From contig NMRA01000489.1 in NCBI GenBank assembly GCA_002633005.1, positions 36,329 to 100,328 on the forward strand: 64,000 nt of DNA, given 5' to 3'. Made by a program: the position numbers and the translations under genes. The notes under the pieces were generated by a model. That model was not told the DNA's origin and did no database searches. It saw nothing but the letters and a program-made list of their open reading frames with translations. This document shows, one piece after another, positions 1 through 12,664 of the stretch (its first letter is position 1; each line of letters starts with the position of its first letter). Origin of the DNA: Phoronis australis (lineage: Eukaryota; Animalia; Phoronida).

Positions 1-167
1 TTTCACTCTCCGGGCACATTTCACTCTCCGGGCACATTTCACTCTCCGGGCACATTTCACACTCCGGGCACATTTCACACTCCGGGCACATTTCACACTC
101 TCTGGGCACATTTCACACTCTGAGCACATTTCACACTCTGGGCACATTGCACACTCTAGGCGCATTT
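1..167. repeat. 18-bp minisatellite (tttcactctccgggcaca)n, about 9 copies, degenerating to the right; truncated by the window edge
   Basis: Unit read directly from the sequence; one copy has a 2-nt insertion. Confidence 0.95.
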
Positions 168-1087
168 AAAATAGTTACATTGAAGAACAGCACTGGCACT
201 GTCTGTGGCCTGCCATACAGGTGTCATCACCCCGGGTCAACTTACCAGTTTGCAAACAAACCGGTAACCGGCATCTCAGTTGAACTACCCTTGTGAAGTG
301 AGTTCAGAGCCTGAGCGATATGTAGATTTCTATAAAGAAAATGTCGAGGATTTTTCATTTTTGGGGGATTGGACAGATTGTACGCCATCTAATGGCCATT
401 CTTAATCATGCTCGAGTCTGTTTTTTGGCATCCAACTGTGTTGTGACATGTTTTTTCCTGTGAATGTGACAACTGATGACCACAACTTTTGGATGGATCT
501 GACTAAGGATGTGCCCCTTAGTGGAAATTTTAATTCTTCAGAGTTCCTTTACGTTTCTTCCTGAAATTTGGAAAATGGGTTTCTATTATGGATGCAACAG
601 CTTCTTTCAATTTTTGGATTGATTTGACGGGTTCTGTACCAAGTAGTGGTCACTTGTATTTTTTAGACAGACTCTTTGTTATTTTAGTCAGTGTAGATAC
701 TGATTACCAGTCTGAATATGTAAAAAAAAATTCCGACAATTTCAACTCCACTGTTGCATATAGTCAGTGCTCAAACGGGGTGAAAATCACAACAAAAAAT
801 GGAACCTAGTACAGCTATAATGGTGATAAATATTTATGTATGTTTATGTACCTATGTATTGTAATTGTTACTTTGTTTAACAGTAAATGTATAAAAAAAT
901 TTAGTCTGCCTCTGTTTCGGCCTACCTGCTCAAAGAATCATTATAAAAATTGGCACATATGATCCAGTGGCTGTTGGAAGTGAACTGATCTGGTACAGCC
1001 CTTTGTATTTTGAAAGAGTCATAAGACGTATAGTCCCAGCAGGTAATATCTAGTCCTGAATTAGTTTCTTCATCTTATGTACTTCAG

Positions 1088-1299
1088 GTCTGAAGGAAGC
1101 TCAAGTAGAGACCCTCAGGGAGGACTATCCCCGAAGTCTGCGGGAGTTTCTCCATCAAGGGATATTACAGTTTGCTCAGGAATATCCACATCACTTTTTA
1201 CCCACTGTACTTATAGACGCGGCTAGGTCAGTGACAAAGGAGAGCGATCAGAAGATGGAATTTCTCCGTTATCTAGCTAAGGTGTTTGAAGTGGACTGA
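1088..1299 (+). CDS. Putative terminal exon encoding the C-terminal half of a death-domain-like fold (may be a pseudogene)
   Basis: Acceptor tacttcag|, then (G)LKEAQVETLREDYPRSLREFLHQGILQFAQEYPHHFLPTVLIDAARSV...EVD*. This resembles the death-domain GLxExxIxxIxxDxPRxxxEQxxQxL pattern, but the conserved Trp is replaced. The upstream exon is uncertain (candidate about 905-1042 with a 45-nt intron). Confidence 0.45.
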
Positions 1300-1744
1300 G
1301 CTAGTTCTGCTGAATGGTCACCCTATCGAACATTTTGTCATTAGTGGTCATCCCAAGAATGGTGGCAAAATTGTGATATGCCCTGGCTTGGAGACGACAG
1401 ACCTTTCTTAGCAGCTGATGTTTTGCAATCTCTAGTTATCCACCACACTTCCAAATGTGACCCAGAACCTGATTGGTGGACCTGGTATCTTTTTATGGAT
1501 ATTGTTTTCAAAAACTAGAAATTAATTGTCGAAATGTCATGAACAACTCAGAATTGCGAGCGACTGACTCCGAATATTGTGTGATTTTTGATTACTTACA
1601 GCAGTTGAGGTGGGTAAAGTCTTGCCTATAGATGTCAGATAGAGCAATCATTGAACAAAAGGCTTCCTGTCTTGATGCAATGAAGCTAAACAGTGTGATT
1701 CTGAGAAATGTTGCATGCTCACTTTTTCTTGCCCCATTGAAATT

Positions 1745-1889
1745 GCTGCAGCTCAGAACAAATCTTAATGATTGCTGTAGCTGTGAACAAGACATAATGA
1801 ATGCTGTACCCCGGAACAAGTCATAATGAGTGCTGTAGCTTGGAACAAGTTATATTGGGTACTGTAACTCTGAACAAGTCATAATGAGA
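1745..1889. repeat. 29-bp tandem repeat, 5 diverged copies (gctgtagctxxgaacaagtcataatgagt); followed by an unrelated ~30-bp x3 repeat at about 1915-1988
   Basis: Units aligned by eye at 1745, 1774, 1803, 1832 and 1861. Confidence 0.85.
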
Positions 1890-4203
1890 TGTGCAGTAAT
1901 CCTGAAAGGTACATCGGGACGCCGAACATTGGGGTTATGTTTACTAGGACGTGAACATTGGGGGTACGTATATTAGGACATGAACACGTATCTGAGAAGG
2001 TGAATGCTGCAAGATCAATCCTGTTTTTGGGATCATGTTACAAACACAGGCACAACTACTTTAACAGATCTGTTATTCTGCAAAATGAAGTTGCACAAGG
2101 CTGTGAAACTGTGTCTTATGTACATAGATGTATACATTCCATGAATGTGTCTGAATGAAATTGTATTGCAGTTGGTGAGTTCAGATATTGGATCTAGAAT
2201 TTGAAATTTCTGTTCATCTGCTTTGTTTATATTGCTTTTCAACTTGGAATTTTTGATAAATGTGTGTTGATAGTTTCTCATATTAGTTTACACCACTGCA
2301 GCCATTATGTATGCTGACAACATATGGCTGGCTTTACTAGAAACCACTTGTCTGTCATCAAAATTTTATGCCTTCTAGTTGAGAGCATGGCATAGCTGCT
2401 GAACCTTCAGTCTCATGCTCAGTTCAAGCAGTGTGGAACACACTCTGAAATTAGGCTATTTTGTTTGATTAAACTTTGAAGTAAGTGTTTAGACATTGAT
2501 TGAACTGAGTAAGAGTCAAGCTTATAAATATCTGAGGCAAGTCTGTCAAAATCCAAGAGGCAGTTATACATTTGTTGAATCTACAAGCCAGTACAAAAAC
2601 TTAAAAACAAATATACTCTCATTTTTGTATTCTGGGTTATGGCACAGAAATGATGACTTTTTCCCACAATTCAACACTGGCCGAGCCTTTCTAATGATGG
2701 TCACTTTTCTAGCGTACTCTGGGATGGCTGCAGTTGTGTGACCCTACCGGGTCATTTCACTAAACAATAGCTGTCCCAAAGGCATCACAATGTTTGTGTG
2801 TTCCTCTAGCTGGAGTTTACATTGATAACTCCACAATCCGTGTGTACTGCCTGTAGAATACTCTGGTACATAGATTCTGTGAAATTGTTGCGGCAGTCTA
2901 CTTACTAAAGAAGCTAAGTAGTATTTGTTATGAAATTGGGTCCTGCTATTGTCATTAATTTGGTACAGTGTGGTAAAGTCAACCTGTCCGCTTGTTGGCA
3001 TAATTTGACATGTGATTGGTATTAATTTTGTGATACTCATTATTATGTTGAGTGAGGGCCGCCAGATGTCAGGTCCACGGGTATTGGTAGTTAAAACATA
3101 TCTTTGTACTTATTGGGTAATACATGTAAACATGTTGTTTGTACAGGTATATTGTTATCAACGAAGTGTGAAGGAGCATAATTGTTTGTTGTTGGAATAG
3201 TTTATTGAGCTTTTGTGATGTTATTGTTTTATCCGAGTGTAGAGGTTTGCATACATGCATCTGTTGAATGTCTTTGGTGACTTTTAAGGCACTTTGCAAG
3301 TGCCAAAAAACATCAGTTAGGTTTTGGTTCATGAAGTTAGCTCCATTTGGCTTTCAGTACAGTTTGAATTGTGATAGACAAGGGCCTGCGAGTCGTATAG
3401 GGACAAAAGACCGCCAAAACACAAACTAAACTGGTGTCTGGATTTAGCCTCAGTTTGGAAACCGCTGTCTTCTGGAGTTGAAACCCAACTTTTTTTTACA
3501 AAACGGTGTGGTTTTTTGTAGAGCCGAACTAAAGACGAACTGTATGAGTTGAACTGTTTGTTGGCTTATCGCGTATGCCAATAAAGTTTAAGGTGATCTC
3601 TCTTTTCCTTCTTGCCGACACTCACTCTCATTCTTGGTACTCACTAAAATGCTTTGGTTAGTGCATCGAGGTTAATGATGAGTTGCCGTGGTATTCGATG
3701 CTTCGTACTCGCGGGTGTTCATGATGGCGAAATCTAAACTCTCTCTCTCTTTCTCGTTTTATCAGGTGTTTGCGACTTTTGATTTCAATGAATTGAGGAG
3801 ACTATCACTACTCTAAACTCGTCACATCAATAGAAAAATACTAATTGTGTGGATTTCTTTCGCTTAAGGTACGTTAGGTCCCTTTGCCCATATTTGCGTT
3901 TACTCCAGTATTCATGCCAAAAATTGTACGATGGCACGTGCCTTACCTCAAAATCCAACTGGTGGTTTGGTAATCGGCCCAATTATCTTGCACACCCAGC
4001 AGAATTATGAGCAACATATCATTGCAACATTAAACAAACGTTTTAGGTTGAAAGAGTCACATTTTTTGTCCCATTTTGAAAATTCAAAACCTAATCACGT
4101 GCACTTTTACGAACTATTCAAGTATGATATTTACACAAACTTTAAAAACGAAAATTAAACTACTATTGTCCCCAATGTATCAGTGCGGATGGGCCTCATT
4201 GTA

Positions 4204-5221
4204 CAGTGGCGGATCTAGAATATTACAAGGGGGGGGGGCAACATTTTGTCTGGCTGTAAGCATTTGCGCCAACTGAACCATGATTGTATATGCGCATAGT
4301 ACCGAATGGGGGGAGGTCGGGAGGAGGGTTTGCCCCCCTCCCGCCCAGGAAATTTTTTTGTTTTTACCTCTAAAAATCAAGCATTTTCCTTGATTCCTGA
4401 AGTATTATCCGAGAAAAAAGGCAAAAACAGCGGAGAACGTGTCAAATAGAAATACTGACGGTACCTAAGATTCGAACTCACAACCTGGCGGAGAGAGCGG
4501 GCGTGCGTTACCACTACACCACCACGATTTCATAAATAAACTTAAACTAAAAGACCTACTTCTTTATGGTCCACAGCGTTTGCGCGCGAAACCTACTTCT
4601 TTTTGTAATGCATATTACACGTTTTATATTTTGCCGTGCCATCAATTCTTATCAAATTTGTCGTATTTAAAATAGTCTTCAAATGCCCAAAAGACCAAAT
4701 CCGTTTTTCGTGTTGGCAATAATGACGGGATTGCTTTGGAAATCGTCTTAAGATAAGGTTTGACAAAGAGAGTATTGCGAGTTTCTGAGTGATTCACTAA
4801 GGCTTCGATTAAAATTCACATCTTACCAGCAGCTTCTGTTTTTTCATCGTCATTCAGGTTCCATTTTCTTTAAAAAATGAAGTAATTTTTCTTCATTGCA
4901 CAGTGGAGCAGACGACGGAAACGGAGTCGTAGTGCGCAGCGCCACTGCCGCTCGTCTGGGATATCGCGAGAGAGCCTATACTTAGCCATAGTTCCGTTAG
5001 GAATGCGCCGTGTTCCGAATTTGACACTTGAAATTGGATTTGAGCCCCCCCCCAACACTAAAACTGCACACATTTAAATCTTTTTTCATCCGTATAATTT
5101 TAATTACCGGGGTTAATTAATAAACTCACCATTTCCCTACGCTCTGGCTGTTTTATTTTATTTTGCGGCAGCAAAGGGGGGGGGGGGCGGGCCCCCTGGG
5201 CCCCCCCTAAATCCGCCTATG
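4204..5221. mobile_element. Non-autonomous TIR element (~1 kb) with G/C-tract subterminal regions
   Basis: Left end cagtggcggatctag is an imperfect reverse complement of right end ctaaatccgcctatg; poly-G/poly-C tracts lie inside both ends; no coding capacity. Confidence 0.6.
4457..4527 (-). pseudogene. tRNA-derived sequence (SINE head or tRNA pseudogene)
   Basis: Minus strand shows an A-box-like tggtgtagtgg and a B-box-like gttcgaatc at tRNA spacing; no convincing acceptor or anticodon stem. Confidence 0.55.
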
Positions 5222-7041
5222 TTGTATAGACTTTATAGAGAACTGTAACACCAGGGACGTGAGGCGATTTAATTAAATACAACTTGGTGTCGAGTCTAAA
5301 CTGGCAGATTCTGACGGGTGCGCAAGAGTTGTCCAGTCTCGACCGGTTAGGGTGTCCATGTAGGATTCTTTTAATGTTTATCTTCGTCTTCGATTATTAT
5401 CGGACCGTACAATATTTGTTTATTTTACACTATATTTTCAAGGCTAAGTGGTTTTTGCGTTTAGTCGGTTTGTTCAAGAAGCACAAGTACCAACAGTCCC
5501 GTGAACCACTTCACCATCGACACTGATTGTGTGTTGGGCCTCTCGTGGGCGATCATTGGGAATGTAATTAAACCCTTCCGTCATTCGACCCTGCTGTATT
5601 GCACGTACAGGTGTACTATCTAATAGCGCGTGCCATGTATCAAAAGACGCAGGTCTTTGTGTCTTGATATATTCGCAGACCTGAAGGCTCAAAAGACTCT
5701 TGGTGGATGTCAGAAGGCGTTAATCTAACAGCTCTCGGTACACGCCGAACGGTGATACGTCAAAAAGTGCTTGTCTAACGTGATGTGCACCAAGAGGCGG
5801 TGGTCTCACGTCACTTGCTTTACAACGAAAGGCGCTATTTTAACCCCCTTAGCTCTGGAATATTCCAACGCAACTAGAGGCACAAGTGCGTCTTTCTTGG
5901 TCGAATCTTCACTAAAAGCCAAGCTACTGAAGACACATCAAATACAACGTACCCACAGATGTCGTCTGAAGCATGGACACAAATATAAATTGTCAGGTCG
6001 TATCATTCAAACTGAAAAATTGAAAATTGACTTATGACTGTGTGGTTTTCGAATGGAACTTCAAACAAAGTGCATGTGGTCACGAAGTCAACTGACGTGA
6101 CGGAGAATAGTCTTATAAAAGTCCCTCGATAGGCAATAAAAGACACCGAGTGGGCCGTCCGATGGTTCGACCCCAAATGCCAAATACACGAATTTCGGCT
6201 ACATCCACCTCTCGACACACCTACAGACAAGCGTCATTGGCCGCAAGAATTTAACATCTGGCGGCTTTCAGCGAAAGGTACGGGATTATGCCCTCTTATT
6301 AGACGCTGGAGTTGCGTCTTTTGGTCTCACCTATAAAGGCACAAATATTATGCTGCTTCGAGGTAGTTGTCAAAAGTAATACTACTACGATACTTATTGT
6401 TTATTTTTAGTAGCAGTGAGAGACTAATATTATAGCTGTGTGAGCCTTTTGGTCTCATGCTAATTCGTGTACCTTGTACATACGATTTCCATTGAATAGT
6501 GGGAATCCCGATTCATGACCTTGCCTGATATAGTTTTGATTTTTGTCGCAATTCCTGTAAACTGGCTGACCTAATATCACCTGCATGCCTTCTTACGATG
6601 CTCTTTGTCATATTTCGTAACACCGATTCCGTTACGCCTTCATTGCGTGACACATCTACAGCGACACCATTTGTTGGTTCTGTTTCCACTTGGTAGTGGG
6701 AAAGCACAGAGGCTACATGGACACCTAGCAAAACAACATAACAAAAATGCTCATTAGTTTTTTGAAGTTAGACATGGAGATAATCCCTTATCAATTCAAC
6801 CGCACCGTACTATACAGTGGCTGCGGCATTGTCCACGAGTAGACGTTTTTGCTAGGGAACCTTGGGCACAATAGCAGTGACATGCAACAAATTTCTCTTC
6901 AGAGAGGCCGGAAACTATATCTCTCATCTTCGTTTTACAAGCATGGTTTTATAATATGAAGACGAGTATACGTCACGAAACCCTACTGATTTCTGGCGAA
7001 ATCAGTTCATAGAAAATTCTGCAATTTCTTTTAAAAAATAA

Positions 7042-7321
7042 AACTGCTTTTAGCCCTGTTTAGGTGGCTTGAAACGAAAATCGAATTAGGCACAAAACAG
7101 TTTCATAATACTCTGTTAACAACTTAATTCACAGGCAATGCGTACATGTGCCACTTTCGAATTTACAATTGTACTGTGATATGGTTAAATAAACTCTAAA
7201 GCCTTTTATTGAGTCGCTGAAGGTGACGACGTTTTTATTGGTAACTGGAAATAGAATCCAACACGGAACGAAACCGTTTTTATGGGAATAATAGATCAGG
7301 TAACAGAGTGAAATGCAACTT
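7042..7321. mobile_element. MITE, third copy of the family at 50279-50613 and 51905-52218, just 3' of the homeobox stop codon
   Basis: Shared ends (ctgttt...aaatcgaattagg; gaaatgcaacttt) and internal segments (cacaggcaatg...ttcgaattt...ttggtaac). Confidence 0.6.
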
Positions 7322-7388
7322 TATGTTGTCTTGGACGCATACATCAGGTAAATGACCCTGAGCAAGACCAATTGGCACAAGTAAGAAA

Positions 7389-10300
7389 TCAGTGCTGTTT
7401 TTTAAAGCCTGTGTAAGGGTAAGGCCAGTCGTAATGATGGCGGTAACTCTGAGATAAACTTTTACCTGACGGGATAATGCTTCTTATGGTGCTGACATAT
7501 GGTGAGTGGTTGAGCCAGAGCGGAGGTGGCGGCGGATATAATGCGTAAGCAGGCGACGAAATACCAGCTGGCCACACGGTAGCCCCCTGGAGGGATAAAG
7601 CTAAGGGATAATGCTGTCCGCTAACGGCCGGCTGTCGCCACCGCCATAGCTCAGCCAAGTGAGAGAGCGACTTCTCTTGCTTTCTCCATTTAGCGCGTCT
7701 GTTTTGAAACCACACCTTCAAACAGACAACATTATAACATCACGTGACATGAACGCCTCAGAAGTAGATTCACCATCTCCAACTCTTAGAAACATAACAA
7801 GGATAGGTTCACTATTGCGCTATCACACGATAGGGCAAAGTTAAAGCGTGAAGCAATCTCTCTGGATGTTATCATTAGTAAAAATACAGAGTGGTAATCT
7901 GGAGTGACATTTTCTGTATTAATTACTATATTACCTTGGTGAATATTTACTATCCATGGAACAATGTACAACTGAAAGAGTGACGCCCAACAAAAGGTAC
8001 GCGTCTTGTGCCACATTCACTTCCACTGAGCGCATAAGAATGACCGAGCAACACCTTGTGTGAGAAATCGTAATTAAAGGGACATTAGCGTTTTGCGTCC
8101 GAAAAACATTTTGGGCGGTTTTGTGCGATGAGATAGTTTTTTAGTTATTAGCTTTGACCATATCTACAAAACTATAAAATCCGATGCTGTGTTTTTGTGA
8201 TTTTGTTACAAAGCACCAGTTCTTGCTGTTGTTTGCCAGTCATTAGCTGAAATCAAGGTCGGTGACTCAACGAGTATGGTTAAAATACTCTGCCATTTAT
8301 CGAGTGGGACTGACTAAGGTTTCGAGATTATTTAAAAAAGTGTTGTTTATCGCCAGTTATGTCGCTTTAAGACGGAAAATGCGTTTTGCAGATAACAACG
8401 GTATATATTTTTTACAAAGGATAACATGAAAAACGATTGCTTTCCTTAATCTGATGTGAAAACAGACAGAGAAACCACTAACTGTTGACACTATTTTCGT
8501 TCAATAAGGATTTTGTTGAACACGTGTGTAACCAGTGTTTTTTAGTTTGAATGTGAACGACAGGATAATCCCGGCTTAAATCAGTGAATGCATTTAGACT
8601 GTTCAGACGCAGCGGCGTGCTTGTCGAGACTACTGACTTTGACAACCCAGGTTACGAATCAAGGGCGTATTAGGCCTGCTGCTAATTAAGTGCGGACTGA
8701 TCTGACAGTTCTTACAAGACTTTTTACAAAGAAATTTCTGCATCAGATCATCAGTCAAGGAGGATTCCAACCACTGAAAACTAATTCATGATCAGTGCAG
8801 GAAAAGTTGTTTTTCTATTTGTAACGCCACCTGTGGAAAACCGGCCACCACTGTCTTCATGTCATCGAATCATTTGTCATAGTTTCGTGTAATAAAGGTT
8901 TTCATCGGGTCAAAAATAATCATAAATAGTCCCGGACTGAACCCCAACACATTTTGAAATTCATACTTCACCACTTAAAAAGGCGCCAGTCCGCATCACA
9001 AGTATCATTGATCTGAATTCCAACCCCCACAACATCTTTTTCTCTCATTCAACTCAGTTTAAGCGGTTTTAAACTCACCTGACGTCACAAAAACAACTTT
9101 TGATTCAGAAAACTTAGCGTTATAAAATTGAGTCGCAAATAGTTCCTTAGCCAAAACAGATTGGATTTCTGGACGAACTGACAGCGCGTTATAGCTTGAG
9201 ACTAGGCTGTACAAGTTGATTGTCATGACGTGTCATTTCATTCGCCGAACATGATGATTAGCAGTAACGAATTTTCAGTTCTTTGCAATATCATTGCTGA
9301 GATTAGTTTTATCACAGTACGGAGTCTGTGACGAAAGTTAGTTTCTTCGGTGGAACGCGGGTTGGTTGCCGCTTTAAATAATTATTTCCAAAAACTAATT
9401 GCTGAAGTACGGAAAAGGCGCTTCCATGATGCGCTCCACCAAAGACTTACTTGCACTCTAGCTTCGGTGAGTCCGACATTGTCCGCTAGCTTCTCCCTCA
9501 AGGAGCAGTCCGGGTAGTGATTGTGTTGGAATACCCTCTCTAGTTCACGTAGTTGATCAATAGAGAAAGTAGTCCGGTTCCGACGTTGTTTTTTAGACAA
9601 ATTGAACTCTTGATCTAACTCGTAAGTAATGGAATCTGAACTTGACGATCTGCCGCTGGGACTCTTCGAACAGTCTGCTTTTAGAAATCCTGAAAAGAAT
9701 GCAGCTTGGATTGTTGCTTTCTATGGCAACTCCATTAGAGAAATATAAATTGTACAACTGGATGTCTGTGTATTTGTTGTGTCAGTTTCACTCCCTTTTC
9801 CCTTGTCCGCTATAAAACTTGTTAATAAACCCGACTTTTTCGTGGGAACTCTTGGAATTTCAACGCATTAATCAGAAAATAGTAGAAGATGTACCATTTT
9901 TAAGAGTAATTTTGCATCATTTCCAACAACGTTTTTCTTTAAAAATGTGGAAAATATTGAAAGATTTATCTAGTAGGAAAATGAACCTTTCATAGAGTTT
10001 TGAAGTTTGAAAATGAACTATTTCGAAGGGAATTGTGGAAGAAAGCCATCCTTTCTTAGAGGAAACTAATCACGAAAGTCTCCCTTATCACCCACCAGAG
10101 TGCAGGTGAACATTTGGGTCTTCATTTGGTGTGTTGTACAATACTAAACGTTATTTTCAGAACATGTTAGACTAGTTATTGAAATATCTTTTAATAAAAA
10201 CACGTGTTTAGTGCAAGGATCACAAAAGTCAAAGGTCAAATGCAAGTTAGAATTGCATTATGGTCGGACCGTAAAAGCAGTGCCTCTATCAGTCTTCTTT

Positions 10301-10780
10301 TGACTTTGACCGTAGTGAAAACCACGTGATAACAGGGAAGTGAGATCGGAGCGATCCGTGCATGAATAATATACATTTCTGTCAAAAAAGCTAAGTTAAT
10401 TTTGAGCAACAGAACGCAATTCGGAGGCAGCAAGCGACGGTTTACGTTTTCAACATATTGGATACTTTAGTTAAGCACTTGGCATTCACAAATTTTCGTT
10501 TTTATACTAGTGATTTTTAGTTGGTTGTCATGCTAATTTTGAAAACTCCATCTGTTGGTCAGGATATGCATGCCGTAACTTCATTTACTTTCAATAACTG
10601 TACTAACCGAATAAGCGCAATTCTGCCTACTTTTAATTCGCAAGAATTAAATTTCAGCTTCTCAAAGATACTTTAAAAAGTAAACACATTTTACGCACAC
10701 TAATTCTCAGGGAGTTATTAAAAGAACCCACCTTCTTGGTTTGCATCCATGGTGCCAGCTGCACCTTGGGCAGACGACAT
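7389..10780 (-). CDS. PRD-class (paired-like, Q50) homeodomain transcription factor, ~204 aa; exons 10780-10732, 9689-9451, 7715-7389
   Basis: Homeodomain [47 protein letters not shown]|[13 protein letters not shown] with the canonical PRD-class intron between residues 46 and 47. All introns are GT-AG and phase-consistent (1,0). Exon 1 ([16 protein letters not shown]) has an in-frame TGA immediately before the ATG and is less certain than exons 2-3. Confidence 0.92.
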
Positions 10781-11729
10781 TCAAGCGCTTTCTTCATCTT
10801 TAATCTGTTCCGTCGTTCATTCATTTCTCTATTCAATTCTACATATGTTTGATACAGAAAGGGTAATCTACGCGTGTGTATACAAATTCTAAGATTAGGT
10901 ACTTTTCATGTTAATTAATCTCCTTTTACAATACGGGTGAAAAGAAAGCAAACGTTTCAATATTTCTGACACTAAGTGAAATATGAATATGCATTTTCGC
11001 TCACTACAAACATCAAATGTTAGTGCGAAAGTGGCATAAGGAAGATTTATTGCTACTGACTTTTTATAACAAACCGGTATCATAAATTTCAAACTACCTC
11101 CCCTTTCGGTTGAGTCTATTTGACACCACCATTGCGTCACAGTAAATGAAGCACACCAAAGCCGCTATGCTTTTCTTGATATTGCGACAATTTTCAATTG
11201 TTAACTCTCTTGCAAATCCCTGGGATTACTTCAAGTGTAGTCGACGCACAAACCAGCACAGATCATAAATGGGCAAGATTTTCGATTATAGCTTGTTACG
11301 GTTTTTCTGCATGAAAATGAATTAATTTTAAATGTGCTGCGCAGAATGGATTATGACTCAGAAGAGATCACTTGGCCTGTTGAACAACAACGTTTGTCCT
11401 GTAACTTATGTAAGGAAACAATTAATTGTCACGAAGCATCACAGCTATACACTCGTCATACAAAAAGTTAGTTGTGTCGTCCTTTGTGAGTCTGTCAAAT
11501 GGCCGTGTCATACATTAGACACGTACTTAGAAAGCCCGAATAACCGTTGAGAAAGAGCAGATATTGAAACTAACTTAATAAATTAAAACATGACGCAAAT
11601 GCCACACCTTACACTAGGTTTTCATGAGGATGTACATTACTCCGTAAGGCTTCCATTCCGTTCTTGTTCTGCGCTAGAAGACTACATGTGTCACAACTCC
11701 TTGGCCTCCTGGGAGTTAGCCCCGCCTCC

Positions 11730-11870
11730 CGTTCAGTAACGCTAGGACCTCGGTAAAAAGCAAGACTTTGCGAGATTACGTGAGATAATGCAGTGTATTT
11801 TCAATGAGATCACGTGACTTTGGCTAGCTTTTTGCTAGGTCCTAACGTAGGGTCCTAGCGTTGCTGAACG
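11730..11870. mobile_element. Small MITE-like element with 20-bp TIRs
   Basis: cgttcagtaacgctaggacc ... ggtcctagcgttgctgaacg (1 mismatch). Confidence 0.65.
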
Positions 11871-12210
11871 CACGCCTGGTCTGTATCCTTACTCATTTTG
11901 AGACCTGCGCTCACCCACTAACAAAACTCCCCTCCACATCAATTTCTGCTAAAGGGTTTGGAGTTCATTTTGATTTCCTGCACAAACGCACACAAACAAG
12001 GTAAGCACGGCTTGAAACAAAAAGTTTTGACAAGCAATGAGTGAAAATAACAAATCATTTTGATCGGCTCAAGTGGACTTTCTTTTTTGAAAAGTGAGCG
12101 ACTGAAAAATCGCACCACCTATTCGATTTCTAAAAAATCACTGAGCAGAACCAATTGAGTAACAAATATTTATTACCGACGGTAATTATTCCTGGCTTCT
12201 GATAGGTTGC

Positions 12211-12664
12211 TTTATTCCAGTAATATATAAAATGCAGACCTTGAGTAATCCAGGAGTGTTCATGTTATCTGAGTTGAAACTGGTCTGCTGGATTACCTGT
12301 TTTGATTTCCTAGATCTTTGGAGACATCTCGTCTCCTTCGATGCGACGTTGACGGGAACTCTGGTCACGTGGCCGGCATCTTGAAACTGATCTATACTCT
12401 CCTTTCATGATGAAGATAATTTAAATCTGGCTCCACCTAGTTTGTTGAGAGAAGACTGTTGTGATTTCTTACGTCACCATAGTTCCCGCGATTCATCACA
12501 GTCGACGAAATGACTCCGAAGATCTAGGAAATCAAAAAAGGTAACCCAGCAGACCAGTTTCAGCTTTAGTATCACTGGAATATATATTAATTACAATAAT
12601 AAACATTTATTACAGTAACTACTCCTGGCTTGTGATTGGCTAAAAGAAGTATTACTGGAATAAA
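12211..12664. mobile_element. Fold-back/MITE-like element: ~95-bp inner inverted arms (12272-12565) inside 15-bp outer inverted ends
   Basis: gaaactggtctgctggattacctgttttgatttcctagatct pairs with agatctaggaaatcaaaaaaggtaacccagcagaccagtttc; outer tttattccagtaata pairs with tattactggaataaa. Confidence 0.7.

Noticed and set aside
1745-1990. 29-30-bp repeats resembling CRISPR repeat length
   Set aside because: Head-to-tail with no unique spacers, no cas genes, eukaryotic context.
3370-3630. Possible LTR (TG...CA with aataaa)
   Set aside because: No target-site duplication, clear PBS or PPT, second LTR, or gag/pol motif found.
6133-6277. Possible plus-strand exon (AIKDTEWAVRWFDPK...)
   Set aside because: No recognisable homology and no partner exons found.
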